Shown here one piece after another: positions 14,494-23,701 of a stretch of DNA of 32,236 bases; position 1 is the first letter of the stretch, and each line of letters begins with the position of its first letter. Both the position numbers and the translations under genes were made by a program. Source of the stretch: a virus (taxonomy: Duplodnaviria > Caudoviricetes); IMG/VR virus record IMGVR_UViG_3300008224_000003, positions 1 through 32,236 of that record; one strand, given 5' to 3'. Below the pieces are notes generated by a model that worked only from the letters and a program-made list of their open reading frames with translations, ran no database searches and was not told the DNA's origin.

Positions 14494-15435
14494 GTGTCTG
14501 ACGCGACTAGTAGTGAATTAAATCCCGCTGACCCAAGATCAGTGGCTGAACATCTGTTAGTACAGAGTGAACCGCAAGAGGAAGCAACTCAGGACGAGAC
14601 TTCAGAAGAGCTTGTGGAAGAGGTTGAGGCGCAAGCTGAGACTGAAATTGAGGATGAGGAACACACAGACGAAGCGACACTTCCAGACGGACCCGAAGAA
14701 AGCTTTTTTAGCGTCAAGATTGACGGTGAGGAGCGCGAGGTAACCGAAGAGGAACTGAAACGCGGATACTCTGGTCAGCAATACATCCAGCAAAAGATGC
14801 GTGAGGTCGCAGAGGCTCGAAAGCAAGTTGAGGCTCAAGTCGCCCAGGCGCAGCAAATGGAACAGCGCTATGCGGAAGCTATGAAAGCTTACGCGGATCG
14901 GCTGCAAACGACAGAGCCGGCGCCCCCAGATGCGTCCATGCGGGAAACAGACCCGCTGGGTTATCTAGAGGCAATGGAAGACTACAGGCAAGATGTCGAG
15001 GCGCGACAGAAACTGCAATATGAGCAGCAAGTCCAAGCGCAGCGAGATGCACAAATGGAAGCGCAGCAAAAGGCAGAATATGTGAAGGCACAGACGGCAG
15101 TCGTGCTGGAGCAAATCCCGGAGCTACGCGACAAAGAGGCGGCACCAAAAGCCATCGAAATGATGATGGATGAGGGTCGCCGGCGAGGCTTTAGCGATGC
15201 TGAACTTAAAGGGGAAAGCGATCCCCGATTTGTGATGGCTTTGCATGAGTTAGCCAAGGTGCGCGCCCAGGGCAACCTGGGAACCGGCCGCGAGGTAAAG
15301 CGCGGTGCCATCAAGCCTGGAGCCAAAAAGTCAGTTGTAAGCCAATCCAAGAAGCGAGCGGACGTAGCGCGTCAACAATCAAGAAAGACCGGCAGAACAG
15401 AAGACATTGCCGCTTTCTTACTGACCAAAGGATAA
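14494..15435 (+). CDS. Capsid scaffolding protein
   Basis: Acidic N-terminus, VKIDGEEREVT.EELKRGYS.Q.Y.QK motif, coiled coil, basic C-terminus. Confidence 0.88.
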   Translation: MSDATSSELNPADPRSVAEHLLVQSEPQEEATQDETSEELVEEVEAQAETEIEDEEHTDEATLPDGPEESFFSVKIDGEEREVTEEELKRGYSGQQYIQQKMREVAEARKQVEAQVAQAQQMEQRYAEAMKAYADRLQTTEPAPPDASMRETDPLGYLEAMEDYRQDVEARQKLQYEQQVQAQRDAQMEAQQKAEYVKAQTAVVLEQIPELRDKEAAPKAIEMMMDEGRRRGFSDAELKGESDPRFVMALHELAKVRAQGNLGTGREVKRGAIKPGAKKSVVSQSKKRADVARQQSRKTGRTEDIAAFLLTKG

Positions 15436-15439
15436 AAAA

Positions 15440-16405
15440 ATGGCAGTCAATAGTAACACCGTCGAAACCTTCGACGTAACCACGCTCCGCGAAGACCTCC
15501 AGGAAGCACTAGAAATGGTAAGCGCATCTGACGCTCCATTTATGAGTGCTATCGGCAAGCGCAGCGTTTCAAACACATTGTTTGAGTGGCCTGAAATTTC
15601 ACTCGCAGCTGTAAACGGTTCAAACCGGGTGGCTGAAGGTGAAGCGACACCAGGCAATGATGCCGCTACTTTGCCAATTCGTGTGCAGAACTACACGCAA
15701 ATAAGCGATAAAATGGTGGAAACCAGTGACACAGCGGAAGCGGTCAATGGCGCCTCTGATGCTCAGACAATGGCAGAGCAAGTTGCTCTTAAATTGAAAG
15801 AGCTAAAAAGAGACATGGAAACCATGCTGACCTCGAACACAGCCGGCAGCGCTGGATCATCTGGTACAGCGCGCGCGACAGCTGGTTTGGGTGCTTGGGT
15901 GAAAACCAACACGTCAAAAGGCACCGGCGGTGCAGAGCCAACAACATCTGGTTCTGGCAATGCTGGGTATCCGAATGCGGCAAGGACAGATGGCACTCTC
16001 AGAACAATCACTGAGGCCATGATGAACACGGTCGTTAAGGAGTGTTGGGACGAGGGCGCAGAGCCAACTTTGATGATGGTTGGGTCAGCGATCAAGCAGA
16101 AGGTTTCTTCTACTTTCACCGGGAACGCAACTCGCTACAAGGATGCCGACGATGCGCGGCTCCAAGGTGCGATTGACGTGATCGCCACCGATTTTGGCGA
16201 GCTTTCCCTGGTGCCAAACCGCTTCTCACGCGCTCGCGATGCCTGGATTTTGGACCCGAATTACGCACAAGTCGCGTATCTCCAGGAGACAAAGCAGCAA
16301 GACGTTGCGCGGACCGGTCACGCTTCTCGCAAGCTGATCAGCTGCGAATACGGCCTTCAGGTGACTGAGAAGGGTCACGGCCTGATCGCAGACGTTCAAG
16401 GCTAA
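15440..16405 (+). CDS. Major capsid protein (HK97 fold; DUF5309/SU10-like)
   Basis: REDL....S..DAPFMS.IG, FEW, AEG, NYTQI.DK, KELKRDME, TDFG.L..VPNRF and EYGL.V motifs. Confidence 0.92.
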   Translation: MAVNSNTVETFDVTTLREDLQEALEMVSASDAPFMSAIGKRSVSNTLFEWPEISLAAVNGSNRVAEGEATPGNDAATLPIRVQNYTQISDKMVETSDTAEAVNGASDAQTMAEQVALKLKELKRDMETMLTSNTAGSAGSSGTARATAGLGAWVKTNTSKGTGGAEPTTSGSGNAGYPNAARTDGTLRTITEAMMNTVVKECWDEGAEPTLMMVGSAIKQKVSSTFTGNATRYKDADDARLQGAIDVIATDFGELSLVPNRFSRARDAWILDPNYAQVAYLQETKQQDVARTGHASRKLISCEYGLQVTEKGHGLIADVQG

Positions 16406-16413
16406 AAACAACA

Positions 16414-16439
16414 GAGCGTCCAGGCTTTCCTGGGCGCTC
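16414..16439 (+). terminator. Stem-loop after the capsid gene (weak terminator or mRNA stabiliser)
   Basis: GAGCGTCCAGG-CTTT-CCTGGGCGCTC, 11-bp stem with one G-U pair; no strong U-tract. Confidence 0.6.
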
Positions 16440-16456
16440 AACTTAATGAGGGTAAA

Positions 16457-16732
16457 ATGTTCGTCAAAGAAGAAGAAGGCAAAGTTTTCATCAAGACATC
16501 TGAGAACGTGGCGCCCATTCTCGACGCGGTCAAAGACCAGCGCGATATGTATGCAGAAATCCCCCGGCTCAAGGAGCGCGCTGGGCGCTATGTCGGCACG
16601 ATCCCCGGCACCCTGGCGGCGCAGTGGGCGCTGGAATGCAAGTCAGCACCAGGCACAAAAGAGTTTTTGGAATACGCAAAGAAAAAACTGCTTTCCGGCA
16701 ACTATTCAAAATTGATTGTTGAGGGTTACTGA
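16457..16732 (+). CDS. Hypothetical virion morphogenesis protein
   Basis: 91 aa, RBS GAGG, V.PILD and VG.IP motifs; coupled to the adaptor gene. Confidence 0.75.
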   Translation: MFVKEEEGKVFIKTSENVAPILDAVKDQRDMYAEIPRLKERAGRYVGTIPGTLAAQWALECKSAPGTKEFLEYAKKKLLSGNYSKLIVEGY

Positions 16733-17352
16733 TGGCAATCACAACATATTCGGAGCTTCAGACGGCAATCGGCAATTGGTTAAACCGATCTGACATGACA
16801 GCCAATATTCCCGATTTTATTGCTCTGGCTGAGGCTGATATGGACCGGCGCCTGAGACACTGGCGCATGGAAAATCGAAGCACAGCGGTCTTGAACTCTC
16901 AATACTCTACGCTTCCGACCGACTTCATAGAACCCCTGCGGCTCTTCATTACCTCCGGCGATACATACAAGATGGAAGCTGAGAGCCAGGCGCAGCTGCT
17001 AGATCGGCGCGCCGGGGCTGCAAACGCGACCGGCCGGCCTGAATATTACGCAATTACCTCTGGGTCTATCGAGGTCTATCCCTCGCCAGATAGCGATTAC
17101 ACGTTGGAAATGCTGTATGTCGCAAAGACAAATTCGTTAAGCGTGTCAAACACTTCAAATTGGATTTTGCAGTATCACGCTGACTGCTATCTCTACGGGT
17201 CACTGGTGCATTCTGCACCGTTCCTAGAGGAAGACCGGCGTTTAGCGGTTTGGGGCGCTCTTTATGACAAGGCAATTGACGCGGTTAATCGAGAAAATGA
17301 AGGCGCGAAATTTGGCGGCTCCGGGCTGCGCGTAAAAATCAGGAGCTATTAA
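16732..17352 (+). CDS. Head-tail adaptor protein
   Basis: MAITTYSELQTAI.NWLNRSD.T..IPDFIALAEA, LP.DF, G.P.YY and YLYGSL..SAPFL motifs. Confidence 0.8.
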   Translation: MAITTYSELQTAIGNWLNRSDMTANIPDFIALAEADMDRRLRHWRMENRSTAVLNSQYSTLPTDFIEPLRLFITSGDTYKMEAESQAQLLDRRAGAANATGRPEYYAITSGSIEVYPSPDSDYTLEMLYVAKTNSLSVSNTSNWILQYHADCYLYGSLVHSAPFLEEDRRLAVWGALYDKAIDAVNRENEGAKFGGSGLRVKIRSY

Positions 17353-17416
17353 AAACTAAAATTTGGCTTCTACAGCCCTAAACAAACTGGCCATCTAGCT
17401 TAAAAGGAACAGAACA

Positions 17417-17821
17417 ATGGCAGCACTAACAGATCACGCAGAAAACCTTCTGCTTAACTTTTTAATGACAACTGGCACGGCAACACGCCCTACAAATTGG
17501 TATGTCGCACTTTACACCGGAGCGCCGAATGACGCTTCAACTGGAAGCAGTGGCGGCACTGAGGTGTCAGGCAACGGCTACTCACGGCAAAGCGCAAGCT
17601 GGAACGCAGCTAGCGGCGCAGGCGGCACGACATCCAACTCAGGGGCCATAACCTTCACCGCATCGGGCGGGTCGTTTGGCGAGGTCACACATATTGGCAT
17701 CACAGACGCTTCAAGCGGCGGCAACCTACTTTGGCATGGCGCGATGACCACCAACAAAACAATAGCAGACGGCGACAGCTTGCAATTTGCTGTGGGTGCG
17801 ATTGACCTGACTATCGCTTAA
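17417..17821 (+). CDS. Virion structural / fibre-associated protein
   Basis: YVALYT.AP.D, GTEVSG.GY.RQ, ITF and VTH.GI.DA.SGGNLL motifs common in podovirus fibre regions. Confidence 0.7.
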   Translation: MAALTDHAENLLLNFLMTTGTATRPTNWYVALYTGAPNDASTGSSGGTEVSGNGYSRQSASWNAASGAGGTTSNSGAITFTASGGSFGEVTHIGITDASSGGNLLWHGAMTTNKTIADGDSLQFAVGAIDLTIA

Positions 17822-17836
17822 GCTGGGAGCGACCCT

Positions 17837-19156
17837 ATGGTAAAACTTGTCAACAGAGCCAAGATGACCACTGCCAGCACCGGCAGTGGGACAATAACTC
17901 TTGGCTCTGCCTCAGACGGATACCAAACCTTCGCAGATGCTGGCGTGAGTAATTCTGACGTCGTAAGATTTGTCATTGAAGATGGTGATGCGTGGGAGCT
18001 AAGTTCTGGAACCTATACGGCCTCTGGGACTACTCTTACCCGCACACTTGGCGAAAGCAGCACGGGCAGTCTGTTAAACCTCACCGGCAGTGCTGTTGTG
18101 TTTGTCACTGCTGCTGCGGCTGATATTGGCCTCACCCTTATAAAAGAGAATTATACATCAGGAACAGCGCCAACTGCTTCTGGGAATGGGTCAATTGTTC
18201 TTGGAAAAGATGCTTACTCTACTGGCACAAACACAGTTGCGATTGGTAGTCAAGCTAATGCTGCTCCTAATAATTCAATAGCTATCGGTGAATTATCAGC
18301 AACTTCAAACGGATACAGACAAATTGCTTTGGGGTATAACTCAAGAGCATACGCCCAAGAAGCTATAGCTCTAGGTGCGTCTTACGCTGGTGGTATAAGT
18401 AGTTTAGCTGGAGCCATAGCTAACAACAGTTCAAGCTACGGCGCTACGAATACTGGTAGTATTGCGATGGGCAATATTAATAAGGCCGCTGGTTACGAGA
18501 GTTTTGTAGCAGGCGGGTATGCTAACGCTGCTAATAATTACAGAAGTTTTGTTATAGGCGGTAATGGCAACACTGTTAGCACAAATTATGGTGCTATTCT
18601 TGGTGGTGAGGGTAATACCGTAAACTCCAGCAGTAACTACGGGGTCATTCTAAATGGTGAATATAACGAAATAAACAGAGCATATACGGTCGCTTCTGGG
18701 AAGAGAGCAAAAACAACTGTCGATGGTCAAGTAGCTCACTCCGCAGGTCATTTCGCAAGCGCAGGAGATGCACAGGGCAGTAAATTTATCCTTCGTGCAG
18801 CAACAACTGACGCAACCGCAACGGCATTAACCACTACACTTAGCACTGCATCTGCTTACAACCAAATCGTAGCAGCCTCTGACACCTGCATCACCTTCGA
18901 TGGTACAATCACAGCTATGCAAAACGGCGCACAGGCTTTTGCTTCATGGCGCATTGAGGGCTTGTTGGTAAACGATGGCGGCACAACTACACTTGCTAAC
19001 AGTTCAACTACTGTAATTGATAATCAGTCTGACTGGGTTATGGCCCTCTCAGCCGACGACACGAACAACGCATTGGCTATCACTTGCACTGGTGAGGCAA
19101 GCCACAATATTCGATGGGTCGCAAACATCCGAACTACCGAAGTTACATACGCCTAA
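17837..19156 (+). CDS. Tail fibre/adhesin with YadA-head-like repeats
   Basis: N-terminal NR.K.TT.STG.GTITLG.A..GYQTF anchor; ~14-aa S.AIG repeats and ~15-aa GG..N repeats. Confidence 0.8.
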   Translation: MVKLVNRAKMTTASTGSGTITLGSASDGYQTFADAGVSNSDVVRFVIEDGDAWELSSGTYTASGTTLTRTLGESSTGSLLNLTGSAVVFVTAAAADIGLTLIKENYTSGTAPTASGNGSIVLGKDAYSTGTNTVAIGSQANAAPNNSIAIGELSATSNGYRQIALGYNSRAYAQEAIALGASYAGGISSLAGAIANNSSSYGATNTGSIAMGNINKAAGYESFVAGGYANAANNYRSFVIGGNGNTVSTNYGAILGGEGNTVNSSSNYGVILNGEYNEINRAYTVASGKRAKTTVDGQVAHSAGHFASAGDAQGSKFILRAATTDATATALTTTLSTASAYNQIVAASDTCITFDGTITAMQNGAQAFASWRIEGLLVNDGGTTTLANSSTTVIDNQSDWVMALSADDTNNALAITCTGEASHNIRWVANIRTTEVTYA

Positions 19157-19167
19157 GAGGATATAAA

Positions 19168-19470
19168 ATGGCTATACAACACAACATATCTGAGGCCGCA
19201 TCGGACTATGCTGTGCCTTTCAATAACGCTTATTATAGGATCGTGACAACGGCTGTGTCACGGCAACGTGGTTCCGAGCCTAAGTTCATGGTCATGATTG
19301 ACCTGAGTGCTTATGCAACAAGCACAAACTTAACGGATGACACCCGTGAGGTAGACTTTAAAAGGATGACGGCTAGTCTTGACGACATCAACTCAGCATC
19401 AGGCTCTACATTCTTGGATAAATGTTATTCTTGGGCAATGACGCAAATGGACGGATCAACGGCGGTATAA
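19168..19470 (+). CDS. Small protein after the fibre (possible chaperone or tip protein)
   Basis: 100 aa from ATG 19168 with RBS GAGGA. Confidence 0.7.
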   Translation: MAIQHNISEAASDYAVPFNNAYYRIVTTAVSRQRGSEPKFMVMIDLSAYATSTNLTDDTREVDFKRMTASLDDINSASGSTFLDKCYSWAMTQMDGSTAV

Positions 19471-19473
19471 ATA

Positions 19474-20451
19474 ATGGCTCTTCACATTAATCACCAGACC
19501 AATGACATCACCACGGACAGCGGTAAGGTGAAGCTAAACGGCACAGAACTCGGTGGTACGGGTGGTAGCTCATCGTCTTCTTCGCCGTGGTATGGTGATA
19601 GAGGCATCCTGTCAGGCTTTGGTGCGTTTGTGAATAACATCGACTATTATGACATCACAACCACTGGTAATTCGTCAGACTTTGGAGATCATACTGGTAA
19701 TGGCAGTGGCTTTAATGGGTGGGCTTCTAACGGAACAAGGGGGGTTATGGGCGGCGCTGCGGGGACAAATATGTTCAACTCTACAGCGATTGACTATATC
19801 ACAATAGCAACCACTGGTAATGCTGCTGACTTTGGTGACTTAACGGTTGGGCGAAGGGTTACGGGATTGTCGAACGGCACTTATGCAGTTTTTGCAGGCG
19901 GCGGCAATGGAGACACTATCGACTACATCACGATAGCAAGCACAGGCAATGCGACAGACTTCGGCAACTTATTAGCCAATAGTAATCAAATGGGCGGCGG
20001 TTGGTCGGATGCAACCAGAGGGGTGTTCGTTAGTGGTAACCTTACTTCGGGAACTACAGATCAGCTTGAATATGTCACGATAGGCAGCCCAAGTAACTCA
20101 ACTGATTTTGGCGATCTATTAACTACCACAAGGAGCACAAGTGCTTGCAGTGATACGACCAGAGGGGTTGTATGTGGTGGTAATGAGGTCAACACAATTC
20201 AATATTTGACAACACAAACCACTGGCAATGCAACCGATTTTGGTGATCTAACAGGTACGACAAGAGAACCAGCGGCGGCTAGTAATGCAACAAGAGCGGT
20301 AGTTCACATGGGGAAAAAGGACAGCTCTTGGAGTAATTCAAATACGCAAGACTACTTCACCATTCAAACGCTGGGTAATGCATCCACTTTTGGAAATGTC
20401 ACGACAAACGGAAACAACGGCACAGCCGCTACATCGGGGGCTGCTTCATGA
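19474..20451 (+). CDS. Six-repeat Kelch-like beta-propeller protein (IDYxTIxTTGNAxDFGDL repeats)
   Basis: Six copies of a ~40-47-aa unit G(V/I)..GG...IDY.TI...GNA.DFG(D/N)L. Confidence 0.78.
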   Translation: MALHINHQTNDITTDSGKVKLNGTELGGTGGSSSSSSPWYGDRGILSGFGAFVNNIDYYDITTTGNSSDFGDHTGNGSGFNGWASNGTRGVMGGAAGTNMFNSTAIDYITIATTGNAADFGDLTVGRRVTGLSNGTYAVFAGGGNGDTIDYITIASTGNATDFGNLLANSNQMGGGWSDATRGVFVSGNLTSGTTDQLEYVTIGSPSNSTDFGDLLTTTRSTSACSDTTRGVVCGGNEVNTIQYLTTQTTGNATDFGDLTGTTREPAAASNATRAVVHMGKKDSSWSNSNTQDYFTIQTLGNASTFGNVTTNGNNGTAATSGAAS

Positions 20452-21251
20452 GCCAAGTCGTAACAAAACCAATCTTGTTTAGCCTCCCAGTTGAAGCGGG
20501 AGAAAACATCAACCAAGTTGCGGCGTCTAAAGTTGCTGAACGCCTTCCAGAAATTGATAAAGCAACTAGGGCTTTCGACAGGCAGAACAGCCAGACAACG
20601 ATTAACATGATGACCCTCACAATGCTGAACGGTCACAGCCCTATGCGTATGCTGCGTCAAATTTTGGCTGAAGTTGAAAAGCGGAAGATGGCCCTTTCAG
20701 AAAGCCAAGTTAAACATGCTGAACTTCGTGAAGAAATTATGGAGCTAGAGGGCAAAGATGATGCGGTATCTGAGGCCAAGCTGCGCCATGCCCGTCATTG
20801 CGTTGTGCAAATGGAAAACAAAATCAACGGTGGGATCAAAGACATCGCCACCATGATTGACGCCTACGACAACATCAAAGTGAAGCACGGCATTGACGAG
20901 TGGGATGAAACAACATTTGAAGCAGAAGAAAAGCGCCACCATGTGAGGCGTGGATTTGAGCTAATGTATCGGAACCTCATGGATGGCAGTCGTGCTTCCA
21001 CAGCTACCATAGAGTATATGTGTCAATACGGCGTTCACCCGCAAGTTGGGTTGACGGAGGTGTCGGGCTACATCCAACACACGGCTAGTAGAATAGCCAA
21101 CCATGATCTGCCGCACTCCAATGACCTTGAGGATTTTCTAGATCAAATGGCTGACAAGTATTGTGCTAACGCAGACAAAACGGCTGAACGAATATTTGGC
21201 AAGTCTGATTTTGTTAACGAAGAATACATGCTGAAATTGGAGGCCAAATGA
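20448..21251 (+). CDS. Hypothetical helical/coiled-coil protein
   Basis: 267 aa; ATGA-coupled to the propeller gene and the following gene. Confidence 0.75.
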   Translation: MSQVVTKPILFSLPVEAGENINQVAASKVAERLPEIDKATRAFDRQNSQTTINMMTLTMLNGHSPMRMLRQILAEVEKRKMALSESQVKHAELREEIMELEGKDDAVSEAKLRHARHCVVQMENKINGGIKDIATMIDAYDNIKVKHGIDEWDETTFEAEEKRHHVRRGFELMYRNLMDGSRASTATIEYMCQYGVHPQVGLTEVSGYIQHTASRIANHDLPHSNDLEDFLDQMADKYCANADKTAERIFGKSDFVNEEYMLKLEAK

Positions 21252-21553
21252 TTATTGAGTATAAGCTAGATGCGGGTGAGCGGGGCAGCGTTATTCCTCC
21301 TTGGGTGAAGGATGGTGGTATGTATCGTGACCCTGACAACTATACAATGGTTGGTTGGACACCCGATGCCCCACGTAAATTCAAAATACCTGACACAGTT
21401 GTGCGGCTAGACAAAGCTGCTTTGACCACCCGTGTGTTAAACTTGCATGGTCGTTATCCTCTACAAAAAGATGACGGAGGTGACATGGTGAATATGACAA
21501 GTGATGAAGTAACTTCCCAAGTTTCAACTTATTACGACAAAATGCAGGGCTAA
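21248..21553 (+). CDS. Hypothetical protein
   Basis: 101 aa, RBS GGAGG. Confidence 0.7.
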   Translation: MIIEYKLDAGERGSVIPPWVKDGGMYRDPDNYTMVGWTPDAPRKFKIPDTVVRLDKAALTTRVLNLHGRYPLQKDDGGDMVNMTSDEVTSQVSTYYDKMQG

Positions 21554-21556
21554 CCC

Positions 21557-23119
21557 ATGCTAGGCTTCAGCCCCCTCGCCGCCGCACCACTTGGAGCCAT
21601 AGCGGAAGCCGCGAGCGCAGCCGTAACCCATGCCGGAGCATCAGCGCTTAGCTCAGCGTCAAGTCTTACCGCCGCATCAACAGTTACACGCGCTGGGCTA
21701 AGCGCTCTAAGCTCAACGTCCAGCCTAACCGCCGCGCCGCTCAAGGTTCTACACGCTGCATCAGCGTTAAGCTCAACGTCCAGCCTAACCGCCGCGCCGC
21801 TCAAGGTTCTACACGCTGCATCAGCGTTAAGCTCAACGACTAGCCTCACCGCAGCATCAACAGTTACACGCGCCGGGCTAAGCGCTCTAAGTTCAACAGG
21901 CAGTATCGCCGCTGCCCCAACTCTTACCTGTGCTGGTTCAGCCGCGCTAAGCACGCAAGGCTCATCAGTATACGCCTCAACGATAGCCCTGCGCGGCCTG
22001 TCTGGCCTAACCGCAAGTTCAGCAATCAGCGCGGCGTCTAGCCTAACGCAAGCAGCCGCATCCAGCCTGACTGCAAGCTCATCGACCGGCGCGGTGGCTC
22101 TGCTTACCAAAAACGGCGCGGCAGCGCTAAGCTCAACATCAAGCCTTGCATCGGCTGGGCTTAAAGCTCAGCAAGCAGCGAGCGCTCTTAGCTCAGCCAC
22201 AAGTTTGGCGGCGGTCGGCTTAAAAACCCAGCAAGCAGCCAGCGCTCTTAGCTCAGCCACAAGCTTAGCATCGGTCGGCCTCAAAACACAGCAAGCGGCA
22301 AGCGCTCTTAGCGCAGCGGCAAGCTTAGTATCGGTCGGCGCAAAAACCCAGCAAGCAGCAAGCTCACTAAGTGCGTCAAGCAGCCTAAATGCAGTGCTGC
22401 AAGTTTCGTTTGGCACGGCGCAGCTAACGGCGAGCGGCAGCATTGCAGCCACAGCCAGCCTGACCCAGCCAGCCAGCGCAAGCCTAGCCAGCCAAGGCTC
22501 GAAGCTAAGCGCGTCAACAATTGGTCGCGCTGGTGGTGCAGCACTATCGGCGACCGCCACGCTTGCAGCCGCGCCTCTGTTGACCCACGGTGCAACGACC
22601 AGCCTGACGGCAAGCTCAGCGACAAGCGCAGCCGCCTCGCAAACGAATGCTGTCAGCGCGAGCTTAACTGCAAGCAGTCAGGTGAGCGCAGCGTCAACGC
22701 GGGTGCAGCCAGCGGCGTCAACTTTAAGCGCGGCAGGTAGCGTTGCTGCGGCTGGTCAGCGCGTCAAGCACGGCGCTGCGGCTATCAGCGCGTCCACAAG
22801 TTTGGCAGCGGCTGGCGATAGAATTAGGCTTGCAGCGGCCAATCTAAACGCAAGCTCAGCCATAAGCGCGGCTGCAACGGCAAACTTCAGCTGCGTATCA
22901 GCGCTAAGCTCCACTTCCAGCATCACGGTCGCCAGCAAGGCCAGCATGTTCAACACTGCGGCGATCCAAGGCACTACTGCTGTGGTGGCGAATGGGCGGC
23001 TTGTGTGGGAGCCTACCTTAACGACTGTTGAAACGTGGACAGACCAGCCGTCTACCGCTGAAGTGTGGTCTGAGCAAACAAACGGCAGTGAAGCTTGGAC
23101 AAAACAAGACGCAGCTTAA
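21557..23119 (+). CDS. Ala/Ser/Thr-rich 20-aa repeat protein (fibre-like) with Trp-repeat C-terminus
   Basis: MLGFSPLAAAPLG N-terminus, more than 20 degenerate SALSS.SSL.A units, C-terminal Trp every 10 aa. Confidence 0.8.
   Translation: MLGFSPLAAAPLGAIAEAASAAVTHAGASALSSASSLTAASTVTRAGLSALSSTSSLTAAPLKVLHAASALSSTSSLTAAPLKVLHAASALSSTTSLTAASTVTRAGLSALSSTGSIAAAPTLTCAGSAALSTQGSSVYASTIALRGLSGLTASSAISAASSLTQAAASSLTASSSTGAVALLTKNGAAALSSTSSLASAGLKAQQAASALSSATSLAAVGLKTQQAASALSSATSLASVGLKTQQAASALSAAASLVSVGAKTQQAASSLSASSSLNAVLQVSFGTAQLTASGSIAATASLTQPASASLASQGSKLSASTIGRAGGAALSATATLAAAPLLTHGATTSLTASSATSAAASQTNAVSASLTASSQVSAASTRVQPAASTLSAAGSVAAAGQRVKHGAAAISASTSLAAAGDRIRLAAANLNASSAISAAATANFSCVSALSSTSSITVASKASMFNTAAIQGTTAVVANGRLVWEPTLTTVETWTDQPSTAEVWSEQTNGSEAWTKQDAA
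21708..21838 (+). repeat. Exact 60-bp tandem duplication
   Basis: The sequence at 21708-21778 recurs exactly 60 bp later; four further degenerate 60-bp units lie at 22141-22380. Confidence 0.92.
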
Positions 23120-23181
23120 CCTGGTGGCCCAGAGAGGTGGCTTAGCCGCCGAAAAGCACCCCCAAGCAAAAGACAATAACA

Positions 23182-23640
23182 ATGATAGAAATTATGGCGA
23201 TGGCCGGGGTTGTGACGCAGCTGGGTTCAAGCATTAGCTCAGCCGTTAATGCCGGCAAAGATATCGGCAGCTTGCTCCCGCACTTTGGAAAGCTGGCTCA
23301 ATTAGAAACCGAAATTAACCTATGTGAGAGCGGCAAGCACAAGGGGCCGTTGGGGCGCCTGAGATCGAGCGAACAGGAAGGGCTAGCTATTGCCCAGGCT
23401 AAGCTTGCTCACAAGGAACAAATGGACCAGCTGCGCGCAATTTGCTCGATTTATGGAGTGTGGACAGTCGTTCAGCAAGAAATGGCGGCAGCAAGGAAGC
23501 GGCACAAGGAGCGACTTGAAGAGGAAGCGAAGCGCCGGGATCAGCTTTTTTGGGGGCTGAGTTTAACCGCTGGCGCGATCATTTTTATTGCCGGCCTTGG
23601 CTTTATGATCTGGGGCGTTGACGCGCTTTACAATGGCTAG
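23182..23640 (+). CDS. Hypothetical protein with coiled coil and C-terminal TM segment
   Basis: 152 aa; LFWGLSLTAGAIIFIAGLGFMIWG hydrophobic tail. Confidence 0.75.
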   Translation: MIEIMAMAGVVTQLGSSISSAVNAGKDIGSLLPHFGKLAQLETEINLCESGKHKGPLGRLRSSEQEGLAIAQAKLAHKEQMDQLRAICSIYGVWTVVQQEMAAARKRHKERLEEEAKRRDQLFWGLSLTAGAIIFIAGLGFMIWGVDALYNG

Positions 23641-23701
23641 TCGCCAAACAGAGAAAAATGAAAATAATGCAATATAATGGCAAAAAATTAGAGGCAGCTT
23701 T

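Noticed and set aside
21550-22625. Long antisense ORFs with repeated motifs
   Set aside because: Shadow frames of the GCN/AGC/TCA-rich repeat gene; no RBS or independent features.
23125-23170. GAGAG-stem-CCGAA resembling part of a glycine riboswitch aptamer
   Set aside because: The conserved downstream CUCUCAGG element and enclosing P1 stem are absent.
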